A stretch of DNA of 64,000 nucleotides. Origin: Microcoleus sp. (GTDB lineage Bacteria > Cyanobacteriota > Cyanobacteriia > Cyanobacteriales > Microcoleaceae). Made by a program: the position numbers and the translations under genes. This document shows, in pieces, positions 1 through 10,614 of the stretch (its first letter is position 1; every line of letters begins with the position of its first letter). Where the stretch lies: assembly GCA_052279835.1 (NCBI GenBank), contig CP181291.1, forward strand, positions 4,768,001-4,832,000. Reading direction: 5' to 3'. The notes below the pieces were generated by a model. It was given only the letters and a program-made list of their open reading frames with translations, did no database searches and was not told where the DNA came from.

Positions 1-252
<252 letters not shown>

Positions 253-502
253 GTTGAGTTTTTTTCGGCTCGTCAAGTTGTTTTCCGGTTATTTTGGCGA
301 TTAGGCCTGATTTCCTTCTTTTTTACTTGACTTTTTTCTCGTTGTTTGTGATATTAAGTATCAGCTACTGCTTTTACTCTCTATCTCTAATTTTTTGACG
401 AGGTTAATAGTGCTTTAAGCTTTCAAACTATTCTTTTTTCTAGGTTCGGTGTTTACCTTCCGGTTGTGGTTCAGTGAACCGCTTCCCTTCCGGCGCTTTA
501 TT

Positions 503-531
503 AATATACTTATTCCGCAAGATGTTGTCAA
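503..531 (-). promoter_or_regulatory. sigma70-type rRNA operon promoter
   Basis: Minus strand reads TTGACA-17 bp-TATATT, about 250 bp upstream of the 16S gene. Confidence 0.75.
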
Positions 532-1067
532 GCGTTTTGTGAAATTATTTTGGAGTTTTTTTTAATCCTATACACCGTATGGTTTTCGGCTCTTAATTCC
601 AGCTCCGACATCCTCCGGCTGACTCCTTTTTCCCAGAAGGAGTCTTTTTTTGCCTCTGTGGCGGATTTTGGGCTCTGGAGCTACCACCCATAGCTAGAAT
701 ATTTTTACCTTTAAATGATGGGGATTTCGTAGAGTGGAGGTAAGGCAAAGTTAGAGTGTGAAGCTGCATCGTGGGATTAAGCATGAGACAAGTAGGTTTG
801 TGAATGAGTCATATATATAAGTTGTGTCTGTACAGATGCTTTTAACCTGGAGACCTTCGACTGTAGTGATGGATGTGGGCGTAGGCCCGATCGCCCGATC
901 GCCAGTTATCTGATTCAAAATAGAGAAATCCCGCCAACACCGTACTTTAAGCGCTAGAACTCGCAGACATCGATCGCCAGCAACCGCCATCTCTCTAAAT
1001 GAAAAGGGCGAAACACCTTCAGTTACCGCACCGAGGCGCGGTTGATGGGTCGATCGGAGGTTGCCTA

Positions 1068-2981
1068 TTATTTACCCTCTGCAACATCTATATCTAAAAA
1101 GTGCAGTTGGCTGCCTCCCTCGGTATTAACCCCAATCACCAAACCTTTCTTCCCCCAAGGGGCGATCGCCTTCGGTACAGCGGGCCCACTAAAACTCCCT
1201 ACTTGAATTCCTTGAGTGTTTAATATCACCATCTGCCCCCCAACATCTGCCAACACCCATCCCCAATTAGCAACACAAGCAGACACCGGGAAACTGTCAA
1301 GGGGAAGTCGCGCCACTTTCAAAGGCCACAACTTCATCAACAGCACAGCGGCTTTACCACCTTGGGGAATTCCCAACAAAGTATAAGGTTCAGGTGTCAA
1401 CAGCAGTTGCCCCACGCTCGCCGATAACTGGACAGCACCAACTGCCGTGCCACGACGAGTGTAAACTCTGAAAGTAGTTTGGGGATTTTTTGGCTCGTTA
1501 TCGGGCCAGATAGCTAAGACGTGTCGCCGATCCAAAAACATTAACTCTGGTAAGTAATGTTCTGGTAGGGCAACAGTCGCAATCGGTGGTTGGGCTTTTT
1601 TCCGATCGCCCCCTGAGTTGTTTGCACCTAAAGAATAAAAGCGTAGTTCCCCCGGAACAGCTACTGTCAACCAACGCCCATCAGAGTCAACAGCAGCTTT
1701 ACAACCATCAGGCCCTTGCCGGACACCTAGATCTAGTAAACACTGAGGCTCCCAACTAGAATCGCTCAGCCAGTAAAGTTTTTGCCCAGAGACAATGCAG
1801 CAGCCGTGTGTGGTTGGCAAAATGTCGCGCACTGTATCCGGCATTGATATAGAAGTTTCGGTTTCTCCTGTAACTAGCTGATTTCCCGGCTGACACCACA
1901 CTTTTACCTCTGTACCCACAGCAGCGTAAAGATAGGTTTCAGTAGCAATTAAAGTTGTCAGCCCACCAGGAAGTATCAGTAGCTTTGACTGCGAGAAGGT
2001 ATAACCCACAGTTTGAAGTAAATTAATCGGAGGCTCCGATATTGTTGCCTCTGGGACTTGTAGCCCCGACTCAGTTTCCAAATTCAGACTTTTGGATTCA
2101 CTGGTTTCGGGATTTTCCCAAGGAATAATGCAGTCTCCCAATTGCCTAACAGCGGGGTCGTACATTACCAGTCGCAGGGCTTGAGCCATTTGGGAAGCAC
2201 TGGCAAAACGGCGGGCGGGCAGCTTTTCCAAAGATTTTTTGACTATGGTTTGCAACGGTTCCGGCATTGCATCAGGCAGTTGCAAACGTTGATTCAGGTG
2301 CGCCCACCTCAAGTCTCCAGGTGTTCCACCAAAAGGTCGGTAGCCCATTAATAACTCAAACAACAGAATTCCCACTGCATATATATCTGACATGGGAGAG
2401 TAAAGACCATAAAACCGCTCTGGAGCCATGTAAGCAGGAGAACCTACGGTAGCGTCGGGAGAAATTTCTTGGTGGAGGCGAGTAGTCCCAATTTCTGGCA
2501 GTCGGCGGGCGATGCCGAAATCTGACAGCCGGGGGGACCAACCCTTGGAGCCTAAAGTCAGGAGGATATTTTCTGGTTTGATGTCGCAGTGAACTACGCC
2601 TCGACGGTGAGCGTAGTCTAACCCGGCTAGCACTCCCATAATGATCTGCAAACCTTCGAGCAGTCTTAAGGGACGGTCTTGTTTTAGCAAGTTGCGGAGA
2701 GTTCCTCCCTCGCAGTAGTCCATAACTAAGTACCTGCCTGTAGCTGTGTGTTCTAGGGCTCGGCAGGTGACAATGTTAGGATGCTGCAACGTAATCAAGA
2801 ACCACAGCTCTCGCAAGAATTCGCTAGTTGGGGCTTTTTGATGGCTGAGTTCTTTGAGAGCTACCAGTTGACTGGTGAGGCGAGAGTCTTTGGCGGGCGT
2901 TTCTCGAACGCTAGCACAAAAAACTCGACCAAATTGTCCTTGTCCGACTAGCCCTAAAATACGGTACTTAGAATTTTGCAT
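1068..2981 (-). CDS. Ser/Thr protein kinase with C-terminal beta-propeller-like region (SpkG/Slr0152-like)
   Basis: Has GQGQFGRV, VALK, HCDIKPEN, DFG and GSPAYMAPE kinase motifs. Lies next to the V4R/ferredoxin cluster. Confidence 0.9.
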   Translation of the reverse strand: MQNSKYRILGLVGQGQFGRVFCASVRETPAKDSRLTSQLVALKELSHQKAPTSEFLRELWFLITLQHPNIVTCRALEHTATGRYLVMDYCEGGTLRNLLKQDRPLRLLEGLQIIMGVLAGLDYAHRRGVVHCDIKPENILLTLGSKGWSPRLSDFGIARRLPEIGTTRLHQEISPDATVGSPAYMAPERFYGLYSPMSDIYAVGILLFELLMGYRPFGGTPGDLRWAHLNQRLQLPDAMPEPLQTIVKKSLEKLPARRFASASQMAQALRLVMYDPAVRQLGDCIIPWENPETSESKSLNLETESGLQVPEATISEPPINLLQTVGYTFSQSKLLILPGGLTTLIATETYLYAAVGTEVKVWCQPGNQLVTGETETSISMPDTVRDILPTTHGCCIVSGQKLYWLSDSSWEPQCLLDLGVRQGPDGCKAAVDSDGRWLTVAVPGELRFYSLGANNSGGDRKKAQPPIATVALPEHYLPELMFLDRRHVLAIWPDNEPKNPQTTFRVYTRRGTAVGAVQLSASVGQLLLTPEPYTLLGIPQGGKAAVLLMKLWPLKVARLPLDSFPVSACVANWGWVLADVGGQMVILNTQGIQVGSFSGPAVPKAIAPWGKKGLVIGVNTEGGSQLHFLDIDVAEGK

Positions 2982-3261
2982 CAGTCTAATTATAGAAAAA
3001 GCTTGAGCTAGTATTAAAATATGTAAACAATTCTGACCAAATTCAACTTTTGAATCGATCGCCTGGTACTGCCTATGTTATCTCAGGTTCAGTCTCAGCC
3101 TCCTTGGGATCGATCGCACCGTTGCATCTACTCAAATCCTGAAGTCTCCGATTCAGTATAAATCTTCCCGGATTCGCGTGCTGGATCAAAAAGGGAAATC
3201 AGGGGTAGGGCAGAGATATATCTATAAAAAAACCCGCCTTCAGAGAGGATGAAACATCAAT

Positions 3262-3744
3262 ATGGTCAAAATTATTAAACTAGACCCAATTGCCGAAGAA
3301 ATGGCAGTGGAAACGCGATCGAATATTCTGTCCGCCTTACTTTCCAAAGACTTAGACGTTCTCAAGGAATGTGGAGGCCGGGGAATGTGCGCCACCTGCC
3401 ACGTCTACATTAAAGAAGGCATGGAAGGTTTGTCTGACATCAACCGTCGGGAGAGGAGGACCCTGGAGGTCATTACTACAGCTAAAGCCAATTCGCGGCT
3501 TGCTTGTCAGGCTCAAATTATGGGCGAAGGTGTAGTGGTGCAGTTACCCGCCGGGATGTACATTAATGCTATTGAAAATGTGGAAGCTCTCATCGGTCGG
3601 CGAGCTCAGCAAGATTTGTTACATCCAATTACGGGTCAAGTAGTTGTAGAATCGGGAAAGTTGATCACCCGCTCGATCGTCACTCAGCTTAATGAAACCC
3701 GCTTCCAAGTAGGACAGTATTTAGTTCGCACTAAAGAAGCTTAA
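3262..3744 (+). CDS. 2Fe-2S ferredoxin with C-terminal extension (Slr0148-like)
   Basis: CGGRGMCATCH...RLACQ adrenodoxin-type 2Fe-2S motif. Confidence 0.9.
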   Translation: MVKIIKLDPIAEEMAVETRSNILSALLSKDLDVLKECGGRGMCATCHVYIKEGMEGLSDINRRERRTLEVITTAKANSRLACQAQIMGEGVVVQLPAGMYINAIENVEALIGRRAQQDLLHPITGQVVVESGKLITRSIVTQLNETRFQVGQYLVRTKEA

Positions 3745-3784
3745 AACTGATATGTTGGTATTAAAATACCACCGTAAAAATCCT

Positions 3785-4255
3785 ATGTTGAGTCAACTGT
3801 CGCGTTTAAGTGTGGAAGCCGATGGACGCTATGCCTCTGCGGCCGAACTCGAATTTTTGAAAGACTACTTTCAATCTTTGAATCATAGGATAAGTGCCTA
3901 TAAAAAAATTCAAGCCTCGGAAAAAGAAATTATCCGCCAAGTGGAAGCGCAAATGCAGTCCCTAGACCCCACTTTATTTAGACGAGGGTCCCAAGATGTG
4001 ACGGCAAAATGGCGAATAGATGCTTTGCGGGTGTTGCGACATTCCGCAGCAGCACTACTCATTAATGATACTGAACGGTTGCGCGATCGACTTTTGCTTT
4101 GGTTCCAAACTATTTTGGGAGCTTTTCAAGCTAAAAATAGTTCCTCAGTGACTTATGATGTCATGAAAAAGGTGATTAAACAACATCTTACTGCTGAAGA
4201 AGCCAGCCTGTTTTTACCAATTCTGGAAATTGACCGCACTATATTGGGCAAATAA
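3785..4255 (+). CDS. Phycobilisome/globin-like domain protein (Slr0149-like)
   Basis: The N-terminus EADGRY..AEL resembles phycobiliproteins. ATG at 3785 was chosen over the longer ORF. Confidence 0.8.
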   Translation: MLSQLSRLSVEADGRYASAAELEFLKDYFQSLNHRISAYKKIQASEKEIIRQVEAQMQSLDPTLFRRGSQDVTAKWRIDALRVLRHSAAALLINDTERLRDRLLLWFQTILGAFQAKNSSSVTYDVMKKVIKQHLTAEEASLFLPILEIDRTILGK

Positions 4256-4447
4256 TCCCTACCAAACAGCTAATGATTTTTGAAAAGTCATAAAGTTGGT
4301 TTAAATTCGTCCAATTATTTATTTAAAATAAGGTGTTGGGTTGAATAGATCAACCCTTCAACCCTCCGGCTACACGGCGGTTTGTACCGCCCTAGCTCAA
4401 CCCAACTTAACTCGTTTATTTGAGTAACTATAGAGCTATCAAATCAA

Positions 4448-5110
4448 TTATTTTTTTTGAGAAAGTTGACTCATAATACTTTCGTGATCTTGTCCTTCTT
4501 CCACCATAGAATTTCCGGCTTGGAGCCGATCGCGCAGGCCTAAAATAAAACGGTTGCAGTCAGAACCCAGGGATTCACAAGAAGTTTGCAAACAGTGAAG
4601 TTCTCGACCTGTAAGTTGAGTAAAGAAGGAACTTAAGATACCTGCTTCTAAAAAACAGGCTGGTAGCTTCGACTTAGGGGCTGTTTTAGCAAACAGAGAG
4701 TTAGAAATTTTTACTACTAAAAACCCCTGGTCAGAATAGCTGGAGTCAAGTTCAAATGTTCCCCATCCGTGGCTTTTCCAACACTGTTGTAGGCACTGAA
4801 TAAATTCTACCATTTCCATTTCGGAAACTGGCTGACCGTAGTAATCGCTGACTTCTTCGCAAAAACGCACGTAAAAGTTTTTGCCCCACCAGCGACCGCA
4901 GTTGAATAGCACTAGGCGGGAAGCTTGACCGGTTTCTTGTTCTAAGCCGATGTAAATGGCTTGAATCAGTGTTTCTGGAAGTGCTAGCAGCCGATCGCCC
5001 CGGCGATTTTCGAGCAAGCCTAGCTCCAAGTCTCCTCTGACGTAAGCATCCCTAGCAAAGTAGTTTCCTGGAACTCTGGGCTGTTTAAGTAAGTCTGCAA
5101 TGTTAATCAT
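4448..5110 (-). CDS. V4R domain protein (Slr0147-like)
   Basis: HGWGTFELD, CFLEAGILSSFF and CESLGSDCNRF are V4R-type motifs. Confidence 0.88.
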   Translation of the reverse strand: MINIADLLKQPRVPGNYFARDAYVRGDLELGLLENRRGDRLLALPETLIQAIYIGLEQETGQASRLVLFNCGRWWGKNFYVRFCEEVSDYYGQPVSEMEMVEFIQCLQQCWKSHGWGTFELDSSYSDQGFLVVKISNSLFAKTAPKSKLPACFLEAGILSSFFTQLTGRELHCLQTSCESLGSDCNRFILGLRDRLQAGNSMVEEGQDHESIMSQLSQKK

Positions 5111-5160
5111 TGGGAATGGGGAATTGGGAATTGGGAATTGGAAATTGGAAATTGAGAATT
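5109..5160. repeat. Heptamer short tandem repeat (AATTGGG-type STRR)
   Basis: About 7 imperfect AATTGG(G/A) units. Confidence 0.85.
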
Positions 5161-5164
5161 TTGT

Positions 5165-5638
5165 TTATTGTTTACGATCGGGGTCAATAATCAGTGACTC
5201 GGCTTGGTCTAAAAATGGCTGCAATATAGCGCGGGCTTGCTCGGAAAGCAGTTCTTTCAAACGCTCTTGCAAAAGTTGGCAAACTGTTGCTTCTATCTTG
5301 TGAGTTTGGTGGGCTTCAACAAGGCCAGAAAGCCAGTCTAGGAGGCGTTGTTCGATAAAATTGCGATCGTTGAGCAGCATCGCCATAGCGCAGTATCGTA
5401 AGACTAAAATCCAATTTTTTAGGGTTGTTTCTAAGATTTCTGGTTTTTCATCTGGGAAGGTTTCTTGTAGCTTATTTGCTACTGGTTGGAAGATGCTTTC
5501 TTCTTTGTCTCGCAAAAATTCATAAATTTTTAAGCGCTGGGAGAGTATGGCAGCTTGACGCTTAAAGGCGGTGATTTCTTCGGCTTTGAGAAAGCGATTT
5601 TCTGCCTGATTTAGAAGTGCTTCAATCTCAGGGTGCAT
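5165..5638 (-). CDS. Phycobilisome/globin-like domain protein (Slr0146-like)
   Basis: AENRFL..EI N-terminus and VLRYCAMAML helix. Similar to the 3785 protein. Confidence 0.8.
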   Translation of the reverse strand: MHPEIEALLNQAENRFLKAEEITAFKRQAAILSQRLKIYEFLRDKEESIFQPVANKLQETFPDEKPEILETTLKNWILVLRYCAMAMLLNDRNFIEQRLLDWLSGLVEAHQTHKIEATVCQLLQERLKELLSEQARAILQPFLDQAESLIIDPDRKQ

Positions 5639-5918
5639 AATTTTAAGTAAGTGGTAGAAGGAAGAGGGAAAAAAGTCCTTCGACTGCGTTTATCCTGCCC
5701 TTAGACGAAGCTGAGCCAGGGCTGCTTCGCTTCGCCCAAGGGTAGCCGAAGGCTTCAGGAACCCCATCAGGCAGAAAGATGGCACTGTTTATAAATCAAT
5801 ATAACAGGGCTATCATTCAAGTTTTTGTTAATTTCCGGTGCTTCGGAAATCTTACTTGGTGCTAGGGAAGAGCCGTAATTACAAAAAATGACTTTTACAA
5901 CTTCCATTTAGGTAAGTA

Positions 5919-6185
5919 TTAAAACAAATCAAATAGGTCGTCAATAGTAACTTCGGCACTTTCATTAACCGAAATTACTGGCAATGGTGGTGGTGGGGGC
6001 ATGGCGCCTACTTCAGGAATTCCTTCCCAAGAAATAGCCATAAAAAAGTCTGATACTGGCATGGTAAAACTTAGCAGTTTGCCATTAAGATATCCCTTCT
6101 CGGTTTCTAAGGGTTTTCCTAGCCAATTATAGTTACCAAAGAATTCTTGGACAGATTGTTTTAACCAGGAAGTTTGACTTTTCAT
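5919..6185 (-). CDS. Conserved hypothetical protein (Slr0145-like)
   Basis: ATGA overlap with the upstream V4R gene. Has a duplicated V.EFF...W.G motif and an acidic DDLFDLF tail. Confidence 0.7.
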   Translation of the reverse strand: MKSQTSWLKQSVQEFFGNYNWLGKPLETEKGYLNGKLLSFTMPVSDFFMAISWEGIPEVGAMPPPPPLPVISVNESAEVTIDDLFDLF

Positions 6186-6883
6186 CGCAATCTTTCACCA
6201 TGTTGGATTCGATTTTGAATGTCACGGGCGCTGGCACCTTCGTTGAGCCAGAATGCTGCGGCATCTATTTTGTCTGGGTTGCCCAGCAGGAACTTGCAAT
6301 AGGTTTCTCCCATTGAGTAACATTGGAGTTCGATGCAACTCAGAGGTTTTTTGACTAGAGATCCGAAGAAACCGGCAAACAAACCGGCGTAAAGGTGACA
6401 AACTGGTTTGCCCACGTCGCCCAAGGTGCGAGCAACTGCTGAGTCAAAGAGGTTGATGAAGATGCAGCCATGCTTGCGATCGCTCATGTCTACTTCCCAG
6501 CGGCCCCAACCTTGAGCTGTGAACGGCCACCACCAAGTTTCTAGTAGAAACATCAGATTTGACTGGCGAATGTTCTGGCTGAATTCGGCGCTGAACCATT
6601 TTTGAAAAAATTCGGAATCTTGGAGTCCCCACTGGCAACCAATAGTATACATGATCACAGATGAAGCAGGACCGACTTCTTCTTCTAGTCCTTCTACCAA
6701 ACCGATGATGAAGTCTTCGCTGGTAAAAATGTTGCGCGACTCATTCCAGTCGTTAATTGTGCCTCCAACGCGATCGAAGGCAAAAAAGTCTTGAAACCTA
6801 TAGTGGTTGTGACTTTTGGGATACTTTTGTTTCAGGAAGGACTCGGTTGGGACCGATATTTCTTTGTTGGGGGTATATACCAT
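6182..6883 (-). CDS. V4R domain protein (Slr0144-like)
   Basis: QGWGRWEVD, PVCHLYAGLFAGFF and CIELQCYSMGETYCKF motifs. Confidence 0.9.
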   Translation of the reverse strand: MVYTPNKEISVPTESFLKQKYPKSHNHYRFQDFFAFDRVGGTINDWNESRNIFTSEDFIIGLVEGLEEEVGPASSVIMYTIGCQWGLQDSEFFQKWFSAEFSQNIRQSNLMFLLETWWWPFTAQGWGRWEVDMSDRKHGCIFINLFDSAVARTLGDVGKPVCHLYAGLFAGFFGSLVKKPLSCIELQCYSMGETYCKFLLGNPDKIDAAAFWLNEGASARDIQNRIQHGERLR

Positions 6884-7341
6884 TGGTTGGTTACTGCTGA
6901 TTTGGTAATATTGATTGGGTCAAATTTTTGGTCCTTTGAGCCGATCGACTCCGAAGACAATTTGACTAGCTTCTGTATCTAATTTAACCTGGTTCTTCCA
7001 AACAGACCGCATAAAAGTTTTTGAGGTAACACCAGAAGTTAAAATTATTGTGGGAGTATTTTTCAAATTTTTAGATATCTAATTGACTTGACGAAAGTCG
7101 GGTTAAGCTTGAGGAGCTAGTACCTAGCTATGTGCTATCGTTTTGTGCAAGCTGTTTAATATCTAATATATTTAGCTGAGACACCCCATATATTTAGCTG
7201 AGACCCCGCAAGGGAATTGTAGGTGCTTAAAACCGCCCGTGCGATGCCCGATCGCGAAGGCGAAGGGTAGTCGAAGGGTCGAAGGGTCGTTTCCAAATCA
7301 GGGCATTAGCCACGCTTGTTCCCCATTTACCGAGCTTTTTT

Positions 7342-9198
7342 ATGAAACATCACGCTTGTATTGCCATAGGCATAAATCAATATCAGTTACTTCAGCCTTT
7401 GAGCTATGCCCAAGAGGATGCAGAGGCAGTCTACACTTTCTTGGTTGAGGAGGCTGGTTTTTCTAAGGATGGATGCCTGCTGATGACGGATAGTTCGCCG
7501 TCGCTGGGGGGTAACTCAACTTATCCGAATCGGGAAAATATTCTGAAATTGACCGAAAATCTGTGCGCCCAACGCTTGCAACAGGGAGATTTACTCTGGT
7601 GTTTTTTTAGTGGCTACGGTGTCAGTCATGAAGGGAAGGATTATTTGATGCCTGTGGATGGGAATCCGGCTGACATTCCGGGTACGGGGATTCCAGTAGA
7701 GTTGCTGTTGAATACTCTGAAAAAGGCTCCTACTGAAACGATGTTGGTGTTGGTTGATATGAACCGCAGTCAAATCGTGAAAGCTGGGGAAACTATAGGG
7801 GTTCAAACTGCGGATTTGGCCCGGAAGCTGGAAATCCCGACGGTGCTTTCTTGTCGGCCGAATCAAGTTTCGCGGGAGACTTCTGCTTTGCGCCAAGGGT
7901 TTTTTACGACGGCGCTTTTGGAAGGGCTGCGATCTGGACAGTGTATGACTCTTAAGGGCTTAGACCGTTTTTTGAGCGATCGACTGCCTGAGTTGTGCGA
8001 TCACCATTTGCGTCCAAAACAGGAACCTGTGATGGTGGTCAATCCTCCGGGAAAAGCCCATTTGGTAATTTTACCGGATGTGGTTGGCGTAGCAACTTCT
8101 GAAGTGGCAGGACGCAATGGCAGTATGACGGTTGATGCCGAGAGTAACGGTTTCGATCGCCCGCTAATGGGTGTGGCTACGGCTCAACTTGATTTACCTC
8201 CTGCTACTGGTAACTCTCAAGATGCTACAACTGAAAGGCCGAATCGGACTCCTGTGCCAAATGTTGCTGGGTCTGCTGACAGGGGTGGCGATCGACCCAA
8301 CTTGCAGAAGCCAGAAGATGTCGATAATGGGGCTTCGGACAAGTCGTTTTTGCAGCAGCTAATTTTGTGGAGTGGCGCTACAGCTATAGTTCTGCTGTTG
8401 GGTGTATTTGTCACCAACAGGTCTATTTTCATCGGTCAGCAGGAAGGAAGCCCCAAATTGACCGCTGAGAATGCTCCCAAACCTTCGCCTCAAAAGTCGG
8501 GCCTCAAGCCTGTAACTCCTGGTGCTGGAGTGTCCCAGAAGCAACCCCAGGCTGTATCGGTAGACACTGGAAGCAAGCCCAAACCTTCTAGCCAGCAGGT
8601 TTGGGCAGAGGCGAAAACTTTACTCAAGAATGGTTCGGCTTCCAGTTTTAATAATGCCGTCAGAAAGGCTCGCTCGATTCCCCCTACAGATCCACTTTAT
8701 CCCCAAGCTCAGCAGGATATTGAGCGCTGGAGTTTAAACATTTTGGATATAGCTAATGGCCGGGCTGCTAGGAGCGATTTCCTGGGGGCGATCGAGGCTG
8801 CTAAATTGATGCCTGATGTTAATAAGCCGATTTACAATCAGTCCAAAGAGGCGATCGTTCAGTGGCAGGATCTATCCAAGCAACAGCAATTAAATACTGC
8901 TTTGATATCTGCTGCTAAGACAAAAATCAAGCGAGGCGAGGCATCTTCTTATAGTAAAGCTATCGAGCAAGTTAACAAGATTCAACCCGGTGAGCCGAAG
9001 TATGAAGAATCTCAGCGTTTGACAGGAGAATGGAGCGAAACTATCCTGAAGATTGCTCAATTGCGTAGCTCTCAAGGGAAGCTTAAAGATGCTGTTGAAG
9101 CTGCGTCATTAGTGCCGTCTGGTACAAAGAGTTATCAGCCAGCTCGGAAGGCGATCGCTGAGTGGAAAACTAAGCTGAAACAAAATAAAAAAGGTTGA
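7342..9198 (+). CDS. Membrane-anchored caspase-family (peptidase C14) protein with substituted catalytic dyad (pseudo-orthocaspase)
   Basis: IAIGINQY...L.YA..DA N-terminus. FSGYG replaces FSGHG and VDMNRS replaces the DACR motif. A TM helix precedes a repeated helical C-terminal domain. Confidence 0.88.
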   Translation: MKHHACIAIGINQYQLLQPLSYAQEDAEAVYTFLVEEAGFSKDGCLLMTDSSPSLGGNSTYPNRENILKLTENLCAQRLQQGDLLWCFFSGYGVSHEGKDYLMPVDGNPADIPGTGIPVELLLNTLKKAPTETMLVLVDMNRSQIVKAGETIGVQTADLARKLEIPTVLSCRPNQVSRETSALRQGFFTTALLEGLRSGQCMTLKGLDRFLSDRLPELCDHHLRPKQEPVMVVNPPGKAHLVILPDVVGVATSEVAGRNGSMTVDAESNGFDRPLMGVATAQLDLPPATGNSQDATTERPNRTPVPNVAGSADRGGDRPNLQKPEDVDNGASDKSFLQQLILWSGATAIVLLLGVFVTNRSIFIGQQEGSPKLTAENAPKPSPQKSGLKPVTPGAGVSQKQPQAVSVDTGSKPKPSSQQVWAEAKTLLKNGSASSFNNAVRKARSIPPTDPLYPQAQQDIERWSLNILDIANGRAARSDFLGAIEAAKLMPDVNKPIYNQSKEAIVQWQDLSKQQQLNTALISAAKTKIKRGEASSYSKAIEQVNKIQPGEPKYEESQRLTGEWSETILKIAQLRSSQGKLKDAVEAASLVPSGTKSYQPARKAIAEWKTKLKQNKKG

Positions 9199-10389
9199 TT
9201 TAGGTACAATTTTTCAGCTTTGAGTTATGAATTGTGAGGGAATTAACTAAAATTTCTAACTCACAACTCATAACTCAAATTTTAGTTATTTAAGCTTGTC
9301 GATCCGAATACCCGCCTCTCAAAAGGCGTGTTTTTGCATTATAAGTATCCCAGAAAGGGTATCAAGGTGAGGCAGAATGCCTAACCCACAATTATGGAAG
9401 ATGTCTATTTTAGTGACTATCATTAATTAGTAGACATGAGACTTTTGCCTGAAGGCTACTATATTTAAGCCAAAATCAAATCACAAAAACTGTGAGGGAG
9501 TACACATCCAAAAAACAGGGTTTGTAGTTAAATTTTGGTTTATTTTTGGTTTCTTAAAATTAGCATTTGAGTCTGCGAATCTCAAAACCGACATTCCGCA
9601 CTCTCAACTGTCACTATCTGTTTTTATTTACAATATTTACACATATCCAATATCTCGCATCCAATATCTTGCAGCGACTGAGACTACTGATTAACACTAC
9701 ACAATATAGCTGCTCCTGTAGTTCATGAACCTGGAAAGAGAACGTATCTAGTTTTTCTATGGCACTATAAACAACAACAATCCTCGCTCAATACAAAAAG
9801 CTAGCAAGTAAGGCAACTTCAAAACATCCCTCTGATTTCTGACCCGATCGCGAAGTTGAAGAGACTCCTTCTCTGTGGGTTATTCCCTCTTCCCTCTTCC
9901 TTCTTTCTTAGAAAATTTCTGGGTCATGGTAGTGCCAGTAACAACACGTATGTCTTAGGTTATAGTTCAACCCAATTCATGTTGACGGATCTAAAAAACA
10001 CAGGTTAAGCTGGCAGTGTCTCTCTGTAAAGGGGTCGATCACTTTTCCAATCACAGGGGTAAAATCCGGGGGGTCAAGCAGCTAGAGATAGTGTTGAACC
10101 AGGGCAATTGAGGAAATCAACATTAGCACTAAGTTCTGCTGTCTGGCTAGATGGGATCAAAAATTGTAACAGTTCTTAACTATAAAAAAAACTTTCAAAA
10201 CTGCTAGTATAGTGACACTTTTGTTAGCAAAAACAGATAAAGTAAATAAAGTTGGCTAGCTTTACACACCACAATCCTCACCTTGGGGATCTGGAATCGA
10301 TTTGATTCATAGATAGTGGTTTGAGAGTTACAATTGGAATCAAAGCATCGCTATTTAACAGAGTTCTCTACTTACTTTTACTTTCAGCT

Positions 10390-10614
10390 ATGAACGTGGA
10401 TTTTATCAAAGCCCAAGTCAGGTTACTACAGGGTGCAAGTTCATCGGAACGAGAAACCCTTATTAAAAACATCGGCGTCTGTGCTGGCGTTATCAGACCC
10501 GGAGAGTATGTGACTCCGCAGCGGAAGCACGCTATCACTCTCTGGTTGCAAACAAATGCTGTTAGACTCCGGCTACCCCAACTTCCTCTGGATTTGTCGG
10601 GACACAAGCCTTAA
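10390..10614 (+). CDS. Hypothetical protein (uncertain)
   Basis: The only sizeable ATG-initiated plus-strand ORF in a 1.9-kb gap. No recognisable motif. Confidence 0.3.
   Translation: MNVDFIKAQVRLLQGASSSERETLIKNIGVCAGVIRPGEYVTPQRKHAITLWLQTNAVRLRLPQLPLDLSGHKP

Noticed and set aside
593..990. Short ORFs upstream of the rRNA promoter
   Set aside because: They have no motifs or RBS and are likely spurious.
10255..10300. Yfr1-like sRNA
   Set aside because: CACACCACAATCCTCACC only loosely resembles the ACTCCTCACAC motif, and no clear flanking terminator was seen.
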